64,000 bases of DNA from Patescibacteria group bacterium (GTDB taxonomy: Bacteria; Patescibacteriota; Minisyncoccia; Phycocordibacterales; Phycocordibacteraceae). The notes below the pieces were generated by a model that searched no databases, was not told where the DNA came from, and saw only the letters and a list, made by a program, of their open reading frames with translations. The position numbers were made by a program, and so were the translations under genes. The DNA lies in assembly GCA_040388985.1 (NCBI GenBank), contig JAZKAU010000002.1:311642-375641 (forward strand), given 5' to 3'. Shown one piece after another: positions 1 through 11,112 of the stretch. Each line of letters begins with the position of its first letter. Position 1 is the stretch's first letter.

Positions 1-65
1 TCCTTATACGTTGGATTGCTGGCCTCGCTCAAGCATTCGCCATCAACTATATAGAGCTCTGGATC

Positions 66-1536
<1,471 letters not shown>

Positions 1537-1550
<14 letters not shown>

Positions 1551-2421
1551 CGAACAGATTCAGGTAGAGAGAATCACCTCGGCGCAGCCGGGCAGGAAAT
1601 TCTTGCTATTCGGCGCGGTCCACGGGAACGAGCCATGCGGACCGCTCGCCATAGAGAGGGTCTTGGAACGTATACGTTCAGGAGAGGTCGCGCTTTTGGG
1701 CGGCGAACTCATTGCGGTTCCGGTCGCCAATCCCGGAGCATATGCTGAAGATGCGCGCTTTCTCGAGGACAACCTCAATCGCGTCTTCAGAAAGACCGAA
1801 CTCCCGGAAACGTACGAAGCACGGCTCGCGAACGTGCTCGCGCCGTTCATAGAAGAGACTGATATCTTCCTCGACATCCACTCGACGAGCGCGCCTGGGC
1901 CCACATGCGTATTCATAGATTATCCGACGCCCGAGAATATCGCCTTTGCGGGTGCGCTCGGCATGGACTACGCGATAACCGGCTGGTCCACAGTCTATGC
2001 GAACAATCCTGCCGGTCTCGACTCCTATGACACGACCCGGTATACGTATGAGCAGGGGAAGACGGGCGTGATCATCGAATGCGGACAGCATGCAGAGCCT
2101 ACGGCAGCCGCGATTGCTGAGCGCTCCATACTCCGGGCACTCGCTCACTTCGGCATGATAGATCCCCTCGGAACGGACACACCGCGCACGAAGACGCGCA
2201 CGGTCCGGATGCATACCCTGCAGTACAAGCACGCTCCAGGCGACGTCTTCAGTAGTCGCTTCGAACACCTCGAACCTCTGGTCGAGGGGGCCGTAATTGC
2301 AACTCGCGAAAGCGGGGAGCCGCTCGTCGCGCCTCGGGATGCGGTGATGGTAATGCCTAAACACACGGCGCAGCCGGGCGGCGAGTGGTTCTATCTGGGA
2401 ACAGAGGAGGATCCGATATAA
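1537..2421 (+). CDS. succinylglutamate desuccinylase/aspartoacylase family zinc hydrolase
   Basis: FGAVHGNEPCG motif typical of AstE/AspA family; start moved to internal ATG (MEPSSEQ) overlapping upstream stop by 14 nt. Confidence 0.6.
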
Positions 2422-2465
2422 CTGCTATCAGGGGCTAGATAAGGTGCTATGATTTCCACATCTCC

Positions 2466-3005
2466 ATGACCCATTGGTTTCAGGCACATAAGCGAAAGAT
2501 TCAAGAGATAGGCGCAGGACTATTTATCTGGGAAAGCTGGAATTTCCTGTACGACTGGCTCTTCTATCCCTTTGCGATCGCGTATTGGGGCGTCGTCGCA
2601 GGCGGCATACTCGTCACCGTCATCTCCGTCATCGTAAACGGCTTCGTATTCTGGCTCTATGAGTACATGCGCGTCGACTGGCTCGGCGCGCACGCGCTGC
2701 GCGAGCTCGAAGATAAGGAGAATAAGAGCAATATCGAGAAGCTTGCCACGTGGCTCGGAAAGCAAAAGACGACGCTGCGCGAGAAGATACTCAGCCCTAT
2801 AGTCTTCATCGGTCTTACCTTGCCGATCGATCCACTCATCGTGGCCATACATTACCGCAAGAATCATTTCCGCGGCTTAGGCACCCGCGACTGGCTGCTC
2901 CTCATAGGCGCGACGCTTGCCGCTAATGCCTGGTGGCTCCTCAAGATCGGCCTCATCGTCGAGGCTGCTAAATTCCTCTGGTTACATTTCCTCTTGCTTA
3001 TCTGA
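2466..3005 (+). CDS. hypothetical integral membrane protein
   Basis: several hydrophobic helices; no recognisable motif. Confidence 0.45.
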   Translation: MTHWFQAHKRKIQEIGAGLFIWESWNFLYDWLFYPFAIAYWGVVAGGILVTVISVIVNGFVFWLYEYMRVDWLGAHALRELEDKENKSNIEKLATWLGKQKTTLREKILSPIVFIGLTLPIDPLIVAIHYRKNHFRGLGTRDWLLLIGATLAANAWWLLKIGLIVEAAKFLWLHFLLLI

Positions 3006-3006
3006 T

Positions 3007-3846
3007 ATGAGCGAGCCATCACCTGACGAACTCACCGTTGACAGGATTGCTTCCGACCGGAGCCTCTTCAACTCATTCGTGTATACGCCGTGGGAGGAGG
3101 CTATAGAGGAATGTAAACGCCGTGAGAATGACCCCGTGCTCGCCGCGTATGTGGAGCGCACGGTCCGTGCGGGCATACCTCCCATCATGAACGGGAAGAA
3201 AAGTATGGTGCTCTTCCGCCATGTGCTGACGCCCAATTACGAGGTGCACCGGTTTCTCGTAGCGGCCGATGCCTTTCCGGAATTCCAACCGCTCGTTCTC
3301 GAATACACGAAAGATAAATATACCAATCGCAACGACTGGAAATTCTCGCTAGGGAAGATGAGCTTCCATAAAGGACATACGAGAACGAACGAGACCATCG
3401 TGGAGAATAAGACCATCATCGATATGAACGATAGCAACTTCAAGCCTATCGATTCTATCCGCACGCATTGGGGGCAGAACCTGGTCGAGTTCCACCATGA
3501 GCTGTTCGATACAGCCTACCCGAATTTCAAGAATCTCCGCTTCGACCTTTCCGACTGGATACACGAGGCAGGACCCTCGCCCAAGGAGTATTATAAGAGC
3601 TTCATCGCGCTCTTCCTGCGGAACGGAATACTCTTCGAGAATTTTCTCGTCGACAGCAAGGAATACAACTTTACGAAGGAGATCATCCTGCCGGCCTTCC
3701 TCGAGCTGTATGCGGAGAGCGGTCATAAGCCGCTCATCGTCGCGCTCGAGCCGACCGACATAGAAGGCGATCGCTTCTGGCATTCGCATCCGTTCGTGCG
3801 CAAGGATGCTGTCGATGCGAAGGAGCGCGGGACACCGAGCGCCTGA
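3007..3846 (+). CDS. hypothetical protein
   Basis: ATG immediately after upstream stop (MSEPSPDE...); long ORF, no recognisable motif. Confidence 0.45.
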   Translation: MSEPSPDELTVDRIASDRSLFNSFVYTPWEEAIEECKRRENDPVLAAYVERTVRAGIPPIMNGKKSMVLFRHVLTPNYEVHRFLVAADAFPEFQPLVLEYTKDKYTNRNDWKFSLGKMSFHKGHTRTNETIVENKTIIDMNDSNFKPIDSIRTHWGQNLVEFHHELFDTAYPNFKNLRFDLSDWIHEAGPSPKEYYKSFIALFLRNGILFENFLVDSKEYNFTKEIILPAFLELYAESGHKPLIVALEPTDIEGDRFWHSHPFVRKDAVDAKERGTPSA

Positions 3847-3912
3847 TATACCCAGCTGCGAAGCGATATATCGGGTTCAGAGGCGAGCTCTGGGGGTATA
3901 CTTAGCTCATTC

Positions 3913-4368
3913 ATGCGTAGTCCACGGTATTTTCTCGTGCTCAGCATCGCGGCGATACTCGGCATCGTAGGCTATCGCTACGACCAGTATCTCGTCGAGA
4001 AGCAGTATACGTTGCGTGTCGACGTCTCCTGTGATTCGGCAGCCGAAAGCTGCTTCGCGGCTGACTGCACGCCTGACAGCGGTCCGGATTGCGATCCGAC
4101 GCCATATAAGAAAGTAGAGATACGCGCAGCGGACGCGCCTGCGTGCCTCGAAGAGCATTCCTGCGAGCACTTTTCCTGTGCAGGTATCGCGTCATGCACC
4201 CTATCACTCTGCAGCGGAGACGTGCTTGAGGACGGCGAGAAATGTGCAACTCCTGACACAGATAGCGACAGTGCTGCGGATACTCCTCCAGACCAGGTCT
4301 CTGCGCCTGCATCCGAGATGGAAAGGTCTTCAGCGATACCCACAGCGAGCACGTCCGCTCCCCGATAG
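3913..4368 (+). CDS. hypothetical Cys-rich secreted/membrane-anchored protein
   Basis: N-terminal hydrophobic helix, multiple CxxxC/CxxC pairs, acidic Ser/Asp-rich tail; GGGTATACT -10-like box ~10 nt upstream. Confidence 0.45.
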   Translation: MRSPRYFLVLSIAAILGIVGYRYDQYLVEKQYTLRVDVSCDSAAESCFAADCTPDSGPDCDPTPYKKVEIRAADAPACLEEHSCEHFSCAGIASCTLSLCSGDVLEDGEKCATPDTDSDSAADTPPDQVSAPASEMERSSAIPTASTSAPR

Positions 4369-4371
4369 CCT

Positions 4372-6024
4372 ATGCACTTAGAATCCCTCATACACGTCCA
4401 ATACTGTTACGACTATCTGATAGAGCAGATACCGGTGGGCTTGCTCGTCTATTCCCATATCCCGACCGCTATCGCAGCGCTTCTCTTCGGCGGCTACGTG
4501 CTCTGGAAGACGCGTAATCTTCCGAGCACCATGCTTTTCATAGTTTGCGTCGCCTTTGCCGCGTGGTGCTTCGGAGACCTCGGATCCTGGTTCTCCTTCC
4601 TGGGATCGGCACAGACGATGTTCCTGTGGGCGCCGCTCGATTTGTTTGCCGTCATCTTCTTCTATTTCGCATACTACTTCCTCTATACTTTCGTCACTAA
4701 ACACGACATCCCGCTCTGGCAGAAGATACTCAGTATCGTTCTCATACTGCCCACGGCTATCGCGACCTTGCTCGGAACGAATCTCACGGCATATGACGCT
4801 AATACCTGCGAAGCCGTAGAGAACGCACGCATAACGGCGTACCCGTATTTCGTGGAAGCGATCGTACTCCTTGGATCGTTGGTCTTCTCGATCCGGCACT
4901 ACCTACGGACTACGGATATGCAGCTCAGGAGAGAAGGACTGCTTGCCGGTATCGGCGTCATCACCTTCCTGGGCTTCTTCCTCACGTCCACGCTTGCCGT
5001 CAAGCTCCTCGTCAACTACAGTGTCGGCGATTACGCCTATAACTATGAGATATACGGATTGTTCGGGATGCCAATCCTTCTCATGTACCTCGGCTATCTC
5101 ATCGTCCGCTATCATGCCTTCGACCTGCGCATCTTCGGTACGCAGGCGCTCGTGCTCGCGCTCATCGCGCTCATCGGAGCTGAATTCGCATTCGTGACTT
5201 CTGTAACCAATAGAATTCTTGTCGGCATCACGCTCGTCCTGACCGGCTTCATCGGCCTCATCCTTATCAGGAGTGTGCGCCGGGAGATAGAGCAGCGTCA
5301 GCGCATCGAGCTGCTCGCAAAGGACCTCGGGGTATCAAACAAGCAGCAGGAGACGCTCATCCGCTTCATCAGCCATCAGTTGAAAGGTTTCATCGCAAAA
5401 TCCCGGAACATCTTCTCCATGATCCAGGAGGGTGACTACGGCACACCGCCGGAGACCATGAAAGCCGTCATCGCCGAAGGCTTCAACTCCTCGACTAAGG
5501 GCGCGCAGACCATCCAGGAGATACTGAATGCGTCCAACATAAAGAGCGGTAAGGTCACCTATATGAACCAAGCCTGTGATTTCAAGGCGCTCCTCGAAGG
5601 CGTGGTCGCGGGACTCAAGCCCGCAGCTGACGCCAAGGGAGTTACCCTTACGCTTGTCATGCCGAGCGAGCCGGTGCCGTGTATGGGCGACAAGATGCAG
5701 ATGGAGAATGCGCTTAGGAATCTCATCGATAACTCGATCAAGTACACGCCGACCGGGAGTATCACCGTCACCCTCACGCAAGGAGAAGGGAAACTGCGAT
5801 TGGTCCTACAGGATACGGGCGTGGGCATTACGCCCGAGGATATGCAGCATCTCTTCACCGAGGGTGGTCATGGTGCCGAGAGTCAGAAGGTGAACATCGA
5901 CTCCACCGGCTTCGGGCTCTACATCGTGAAGAACATCATCGAGGCACATAAAGGGAAGGTGTGGGCGCAGAGTGAGGGCGCGGGCAAAGGCTCAACTTTC
6001 ACCGTCGAGCTCCCAATCTCCTGA
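4372..6024 (+). CDS. sensor histidine kinase with large N-terminal multi-TM sensor domain (orphan, no adjacent response regulator)
   Basis: ~8 predicted TM helices, then HisKA region (FISHQLKGF) and HATPase_c (DTGVGI, GFGLYIVKNIIEAHKG). Confidence 0.8.
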   Translation: MHLESLIHVQYCYDYLIEQIPVGLLVYSHIPTAIAALLFGGYVLWKTRNLPSTMLFIVCVAFAAWCFGDLGSWFSFLGSAQTMFLWAPLDLFAVIFFYFAYYFLYTFVTKHDIPLWQKILSIVLILPTAIATLLGTNLTAYDANTCEAVENARITAYPYFVEAIVLLGSLVFSIRHYLRTTDMQLRREGLLAGIGVITFLGFFLTSTLAVKLLVNYSVGDYAYNYEIYGLFGMPILLMYLGYLIVRYHAFDLRIFGTQALVLALIALIGAEFAFVTSVTNRILVGITLVLTGFIGLILIRSVRREIEQRQRIELLAKDLGVSNKQQETLIRFISHQLKGFIAKSRNIFSMIQEGDYGTPPETMKAVIAEGFNSSTKGAQTIQEILNASNIKSGKVTYMNQACDFKALLEGVVAGLKPAADAKGVTLTLVMPSEPVPCMGDKMQMENALRNLIDNSIKYTPTGSITVTLTQGEGKLRLVLQDTGVGITPEDMQHLFTEGGHGAESQKVNIDSTGFGLYIVKNIIEAHKGKVWAQSEGAGKGSTFTVELPIS

Positions 6025-6144
6025 CCAGAGGCGTTTACGAGATTTCCTCGCATGCGGCTCCGGCGTTGAATATACGGGCTTCGCGTAGTAAGGTGTTCCT
6101 ATCGCTGACGTGCGCAGGCTTTCGTCAGCTGGATTCTCTCATTT

Positions 6145-6218
6145 GCTGGCGTAGCTCAGGTAGTTAGAGCATAGGACTCATAAACCTAAGGTCGGAAGTG
6201 CAAGTCTTCCCGCCAGCA
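6145..6218 (+). tRNA. tRNA-Met (CAT), CCA not encoded, atypical T-loop (G at position 55)
   Basis: acceptor GCTGGCG/CGCCAGC, anticodon loop CTCATAA, T-arm GGAAG-TGCAAGT-CTTCC; hand-folded. Confidence 0.65.
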
Positions 6219-6400
6219 CAAAGTGGTTATCGCGAGCTTGGTGCTGGCGGAGAACCCTGCCTGCGCAGGGTTCGTGAAGACTTGCAAGGCGGAGTCATGT
6301 CGCGAAGCGACGGCGAGCCCGGGTCGGGACTGCGAGGACGAATGCGAATGCTTGGAGCATTCGGCCCGCAGATCGTGACCAAGTCTTCCCGCCAGCACCA
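6219..6400 (+). ncRNA. GC-rich structured segment ending in a duplicated tRNA 3' end with CCA (possible tRNA-associated ncRNA or integration scar)
   Basis: 19-nt exact repeat of tRNA-Met 3' end at 6380-6398 followed by CA; 12-bp long-range helix TGGTGCTGGCGG(6239-6250)/CCGCCAGCACCA(6389-6400); internal hairpins. Confidence 0.35.
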
Positions 6401-6446
6401 ACTTGTATTCCCGAACGGAAAACGTTATATTCCATAGGTTAACCAT

Positions 6447-6523
6447 GCGGCTGTAGCTCAGCTGGTTAGAGCGATCGCCTGTCACGCGATAGGTCGCCGG
6501 TTCGAGTCCGGTCAGCCGCGCCA
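6447..6523 (+). tRNA. tRNA-Asp (GTC), CCA encoded
   Basis: acceptor GCGGCTG/CAGCCGC, D-arm GCTCAGCTGGTTAGAGC, anticodon loop CTGTCAC, T-arm GCCGGTTCGAGTCCGGT. Confidence 0.85.
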
Positions 6524-6526
6524 ACA

Positions 6527-6556
6527 ACAAAGCCGCCCATATGGGCGGCTTTGTGC
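6527..6556. terminator. bidirectional Rho-independent terminator hairpin (AAAGCCGCCCATATGGGCGGCTTT)
   Basis: perfect 9-bp GC-rich stem flanked by A/T runs between convergent tRNA-Asp and minus-strand gene. Confidence 0.6.
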
Positions 6557-6586
6557 GTGCGAGGGGTGAATACGTCTGTAAAGACT

Positions 6587-7594
6587 TTAGTACAGCGGAG
6601 CTACTACTATTGATGTGGCGGTGTGTGCGCTTGAGCCGCTGTCATCCGTCACCGTAAATGCTGGAGCGTAAGTGCCTGCGCGTCCATATGAATGGGTAAA
6701 TGTTCCGCTTGTGCTTATGGTGGTTGGCTGAGGAGCCATGATATTGGCGCCGCTCGTCGCATATTGCTCATTGCCCCAGAGTACTGAGTAATGCAGGTTG
6801 CCTGAACCGCTATCTGTAAGAACGCGTACCGTCCAGGTTCCTTGCTGTCCAAGGGCTAGCGTTGTGGGTGCGTCTAAGCCGCTAATCGAGAGAGTTTGCT
6901 GGCTACCTGTTCCCACCTGTATCACTACCGTACCGATAGGCATGGTCGCGATCATGCAGCGAGGCTCGCTCCACATACAACCGATATAGCGTTCGAGAGT
7001 AGCGGTGTACGTACCACTCGAAGTGTAGGTGTGTGTCGAATGAACTCGCGGGCAGCCCGCAGGATTATTAAGGGTGCCCATGCACACATTTACCGCGTCC
7101 AGAGCGCCGCTGTTTGAACCGTCTCCGTACTCAATGACATATTGATTGCCACCAGTAAGGCCGGACCCAGAAAAGTCTACCGAAAGAGGTGCAGAGCCTG
7201 AAGTAGGAGTAGCGGAGAGGGGAGTGTCTGTGGGGAAGGAGTTTGGACTACAGTGTCGTTGTATGAAGGCCCGGGTAAGGGGGCCCACATATCCTGTTGC
7301 AGGAACGCCGTTGGCTGACTGGAAGGCTATTACTGCCTTACGGGTTATCGGTCCGAAGTGACCAGTACCCATATTCACTGAATCAAAGAACCCTTGTGTC
7401 ACAAGGTATTGCTGTAAAGAGGTAACCTCGCCTGTTGTAGTCGTGTCGTCCGCGCCATATCGCATATTTACTACAGGAGAAAAGCAAGCCGGGCCTGCTC
7501 CTGTACCGTCAGTTTGGGCAGAAGCGACCGAAACGCTAGAAAAGAGCATGGTAATTACAAGCAATGCGCCGGGGAGTATTTGGTATGGTTTCAT
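6587..7594 (-). CDS. secreted protein with peptidoglycan-binding (PG_binding_1-like) domain and Thr/Ser/Gly-rich beta domains
   Basis: signal peptide MKPYQILPGALLVITMLFSSVSVASA (start trimmed from ORF 6587..7747); LQQYLVTQGFF...GHFGPITRKAVIAFQ motif. Confidence 0.55.
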   Translation of the reverse strand: MKPYQILPGALLVITMLFSSVSVASAQTDGTGAGPACFSPVVNMRYGADDTTTTGEVTSLQQYLVTQGFFDSVNMGTGHFGPITRKAVIAFQSANGVPATGYVGPLTRAFIQRHCSPNSFPTDTPLSATPTSGSAPLSVDFSGSGLTGGNQYVIEYGDGSNSGALDAVNVCMGTLNNPAGCPRVHSTHTYTSSGTYTATLERYIGCMWSEPRCMIATMPIGTVVIQVGTGSQQTLSISGLDAPTTLALGQQGTWTVRVLTDSGSGNLHYSVLWGNEQYATSGANIMAPQPTTISTSGTFTHSYGRAGTYAPAFTVTDDSGSSAHTATSIVVAPLY

Positions 7595-7810
7595 TACTAT
7601 AGTATGACGTGTTGTTGAGCTAACTCTTACCCGCCGTTGCGTGACTGGAGGATCATAGAAAACCAAGAGAGATATCAACACAGCTACGTCTAAGTACGTA
7701 CAGTGGTTCCAACAGCGTCCACGAGGTCGCGCGAACAATAAAGCCATCCTCTGGGCGGCTGTGTGTTTCGGTAAACGGAACTGCTATGCTTAGGCCATCC
7801 ACCAAGATTT

Positions 7811-8794
7811 ATGGAGGCTACCCAGACAATAGAGAGCATCCTCGCTTATTGCGCTAAAGAAGGCCTGGATATAGACGCTTCCACGCTTGCTCCTCTGGAT
7901 AGCGCGGGGTTCATGAGCCGAGTACTAACTGCGCGCTCCGACAAAGGCGAAGTCGTCATAACTATCGTCGCGCAGCCGGTGCCGGAACAGCTCTATCAGG
8001 GTGGTGGTGAGAAGATTCTAAAAGTAGGGAGGTTATTAGCGGGCGTGCCTCAGATTCCCCACATATACCTTACCGGCCCGTTGCCCAATAAGGGGTACTT
8101 CATAGTCCAAGAACGCAAACCAGGCACGCCGCTTGGCAGACGCGTGTATTCAGGAGGAACATTTGTTGATGAGTTCTTAGTCGAAGATCCGCAGAGACTC
8201 GTGGAAGAACTTGAAGAAGTAATACTCCAGATACACGAGCATCGATTCACGAGCTTCGGCTACATAGACCTGCAAGCGAGCGCGATACAGGGATCGCACG
8301 CCTCATGGCCTGAATTCTTACTGGATAATTTCAAGAGAAATATATCTATGCTTGAAGCTGCAGAAGCTTCTCATGGAGTCTCGTACTTTAGTGCGGTCTC
8401 TGCGGATGAGTTCAGAAGAAAGATTGAAGATCTGCTCTCCCTAAACAGGGAATGCTTCGAGATCGAGAGCGCCAGTCTCATCCATGGCGACGTGCTCAAC
8501 TACAGCAACGTGTTGGTAGAGGACGGGAAGGTCACCGGAGTCGTGGATCTCGAATGGGCGCTCTTAGGACATCCCGCATGGGAATTCGTATTCAGAAAAC
8601 AACCTCCGATTGGCCGCTATGTGCCCTTGGCTAAGCAGAAAGGGCTCATTCCGCCAGATATAGACTTCAAGCGTTCAGTCGCACTCCACAACATATTCTG
8701 GTGCGCATGGGGTGCTTCAGTCCACGCGACGAATCCAGAGTTCGGCTCAGCGCTTTTTAAATCCTTCATAACTAGCTTACAATCAGAGGTATGA
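7811..8794 (+). CDS. APH/choline-kinase-like phosphotransferase (protein-kinase fold)
   Basis: catalytic-loop-like LIHGDVLNYSNVLVEDGKVTGVVDLEWA (HGD...N...D motif of aminoglycoside/homoserine kinase II family). Confidence 0.6.
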   Translation: MEATQTIESILAYCAKEGLDIDASTLAPLDSAGFMSRVLTARSDKGEVVITIVAQPVPEQLYQGGGEKILKVGRLLAGVPQIPHIYLTGPLPNKGYFIVQERKPGTPLGRRVYSGGTFVDEFLVEDPQRLVEELEEVILQIHEHRFTSFGYIDLQASAIQGSHASWPEFLLDNFKRNISMLEAAEASHGVSYFSAVSADEFRRKIEDLLSLNRECFEIESASLIHGDVLNYSNVLVEDGKVTGVVDLEWALLGHPAWEFVFRKQPPIGRYVPLAKQKGLIPPDIDFKRSVALHNIFWCAWGASVHATNPEFGSALFKSFITSLQSEV

Positions 8795-9675
8795 CCGAAC
8801 GTCTCCGATCTGAGGCTACTGCACAAGATCAGCCACCATCTGAGGAGGCTGCATTCGAAGCGTTCTTCACGCGCCATGGCGCTGCCCTATATCTAGAGAA
8901 TGGACGTATCCTTCGCTCGGATAGCCCTGAAGCCACGCCGAACTTCAAGGGGTTGCTGCGTCCAGATCTCGACCCTCAGAAGATCGAGGCTGTCCATAAG
9001 GCAGCTGAGAAGCTTCTAGGATCGCTTAACCCCGATACCGATGAGCTCTTCATCGTGTCTAGCGACATCCCTCGAGCTATTGAGACCGCAGACATCTATC
9101 GGCAGATAGCTCACACGCTAGGCTTTACTGTCATACGACACGAAGACAGACAGGTTCGTGACGACTTCGCCCGGGATAGCGCCGAAAGCGAGATACGGAC
9201 CCTCCCGAGCCTCGGTCTCAGGGTGGAGAACCTTCTGAATCTCGCCCTATTTAGCCCGGAGACAACAGAGGAGGACATCAACTGGAGCGGAGTGAGCTCG
9301 GAAGCAAGAGAGAAGTGGAGGAAGGCGCGTGCCCTCATCGACCAGGATAGCAGGGCTAACTGGGGAGAGAATTTCGTGGCCCATGCAGACGAGATCGGAA
9401 AGCTGTACCCCGATATAGCGAGAGCCAAGGCGGCATACGTACAGGGCTTCCAGAATCTCTTGAGGCTCGCCAAGTTTGCGAAGAGGAAGAGCGAGACATT
9501 GGCACCAGGGAGGAAGATCAAGGTGCTCGCATTCGGTCATGAGAACTACATACGCCCGTTTCTCAGTGAGAACTTCGGCGACGCAGGTTTTGACAACGTT
9601 GAGACCATAAAGGTAGAGGTGGGCGAGCCTGTCACTATTGAACGCAGGGGCGTGCGTAAATCGCTCGAGGACTGA
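8791..9675 (+). CDS. histidine phosphatase superfamily protein (PGM-like, branch 1)
   Basis: N-terminal FTRHGAALY (RHG motif) and downstream AFGHEN second His; ATGA overlap with upstream gene. Confidence 0.5.
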   Translation: MTERLRSEATAQDQPPSEEAAFEAFFTRHGAALYLENGRILRSDSPEATPNFKGLLRPDLDPQKIEAVHKAAEKLLGSLNPDTDELFIVSSDIPRAIETADIYRQIAHTLGFTVIRHEDRQVRDDFARDSAESEIRTLPSLGLRVENLLNLALFSPETTEEDINWSGVSSEAREKWRKARALIDQDSRANWGENFVAHADEIGKLYPDIARAKAAYVQGFQNLLRLAKFAKRKSETLAPGRKIKVLAFGHENYIRPFLSENFGDAGFDNVETIKVEVGEPVTIERRGVRKSLED

Positions 9676-9709
9676 TTGCGGCAAGTAGCCTCCTTGGTAC
9701 TATTACCTG

Positions 9710-10198
9710 ATGAGCACGTACCATATCGAGGGAGTTGCTGGTACCGGGAAAAGTACTGTTTCTGAAGACCTAAGGAAAAGGGGATACCGCGTCGTCGATG
9801 CTGATGTGCTGTGCTATTACGGCGATCCGAAGACGGGCGAGCCTGCGGAGAAGTCTCCATTGAACTGGATCTGGCCCAAATCAGAGATCCTTGCGCACAT
9901 AACAGATGCAAACGGTGAACCGCTCTTTATCTGTGGCCGAGCCATGAATCAGGACGACTTCGAGCCTTACTTCAAGAAGACCTTCCTACTGAAGATAGAT
10001 GACGAGACTCTGAAATATCGGCTCGCTACCAGAACCAATAACGACTATGGCAAACATCCGGACGATCTGGCCCTTCAGTTGAAATGGAATGCCGAAGAAC
10101 TCGAGGCTGCTCGACACAAAGGGGCAATAGTCATCGACGCGACGCTCCCGCCTGATGAGGTCGTTACTGAAATACTGCGGCATGTTCAGGAAGGATAG
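9710..10198 (+). CDS. small P-loop NTPase/kinase (adenylate-kinase-like fold)
   Basis: Walker A GVAGTGKST at N-terminus, 162 aa. Confidence 0.55.
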   Translation: MSTYHIEGVAGTGKSTVSEDLRKRGYRVVDADVLCYYGDPKTGEPAEKSPLNWIWPKSEILAHITDANGEPLFICGRAMNQDDFEPYFKKTFLLKIDDETLKYRLATRTNNDYGKHPDDLALQLKWNAEELEAARHKGAIVIDATLPPDEVVTEILRHVQEG

Positions 10199-10218
10199 AC
10201 GTTCAACCCATCTCCGCT

Positions 10219-10248
10219 CGCAAGGCCGCCCTCTGGGCGGCCTTGCGT
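10219..10248 (+). terminator. Rho-independent terminator hairpin (GCAAGGCCGCCCTCTGGGCGGCCTTGC)
   Basis: perfect 12-bp stem just downstream of stop codon. Confidence 0.6.
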
Positions 10249-10290
10249 TTCAGCCTGCAGGACTTCAAGACCGGGGGGTATACTTAAGCT

Positions 10291-11112
10291 ATGAGTGAGA
10301 AGATCGAATCAGCAGGACCCAAGGCTACAAATGTTTCGGAATCTGTGCCTCCGGTTGAAACGCCTGAGGGTGAGCGGAAGCCCGAGCTGATAATCGATTT
10401 CATACGACATGGCACGACCGCGTACGGACCCGCTCTTGAGCAGAAACTCCGGGATATCGGACAAGATCCGGAGATATTCACGCTTATGCCGGCAGTCGAT
10501 GGTTCGATCGAAGACGCGCGTGAGCAGCTAGAAGGCAGGGTAACCCAGGAAGGAGAGGAGGGACTGCGAGAGTCTATACGTGAGCTATGCAAGCGAATCG
10601 ACCCGAAGAAGGAGATAGTCGCGATAGCGCACGGTACCCGGACACGGCATGAACAGTCGACCGATATCATCGCTGACGAACTGCGCAAGAACGGTATCGA
10701 CGTAGTGAGGGTGAAGCCCCATAAGAACCTGGTGGATGTTCAAGGAGGCGGCTGGTACAGCTTCGTGGACTACATCATGAATCACCAGGGCAAGACCGAG
10801 GCAGATCTCGAAGCATTCTGGTGGGAGATGTATCAGGATGAAGAGACACGTTCAGCCATGAATGCAGCCGGTTACGAGAACCTCGCCGATGTTGCTAAGC
10901 GTACCGAATATTTCGTCGAGATACTGAGGCGTTTCGTGAGGAGACATGCTCTTGGCAAGACGCTGCGCGTCATTGCTGTAACGAGCGACGTGAATATCGA
11001 GCAGATCCAGCAGGCCGGGATTCCTATGGAAGAACGTAATCAGATCTGGCCTGCCAATGCAGAGATATATGAGGTGGGATTCGAGGCTTTGGATACTGCT
11101 ACGCAACCATGA
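10291..11112 (+). CDS. histidine phosphatase superfamily protein (PGM-like)
   Basis: DFIRHGTTAYG (RHG) and IVAIAHGTRTRHE (AHG second-His motif); GGGTATACT box 6 nt upstream of ATG. Confidence 0.6.
   Translation: MSEKIESAGPKATNVSESVPPVETPEGERKPELIIDFIRHGTTAYGPALEQKLRDIGQDPEIFTLMPAVDGSIEDAREQLEGRVTQEGEEGLRESIRELCKRIDPKKEIVAIAHGTRTRHEQSTDIIADELRKNGIDVVRVKPHKNLVDVQGGGWYSFVDYIMNHQGKTEADLEAFWWEMYQDEETRSAMNAAGYENLADVAKRTEYFVEILRRFVRRHALGKTLRVIAVTSDVNIEQIQQAGIPMEERNQIWPANAEIYEVGFEALDTATQP

Noticed and set aside
6186-6530. ORFs 6198-6437 (+) and 6186-6530 (-) spanning the tRNA-Met / structured RNA / tRNA-Asp region
   Set aside because: They overlap two tRNA genes and a GC-rich structured segment, and their composition is low-complexity Gly/Arg-rich. 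They are most likely artefacts of the RNA-coding region.
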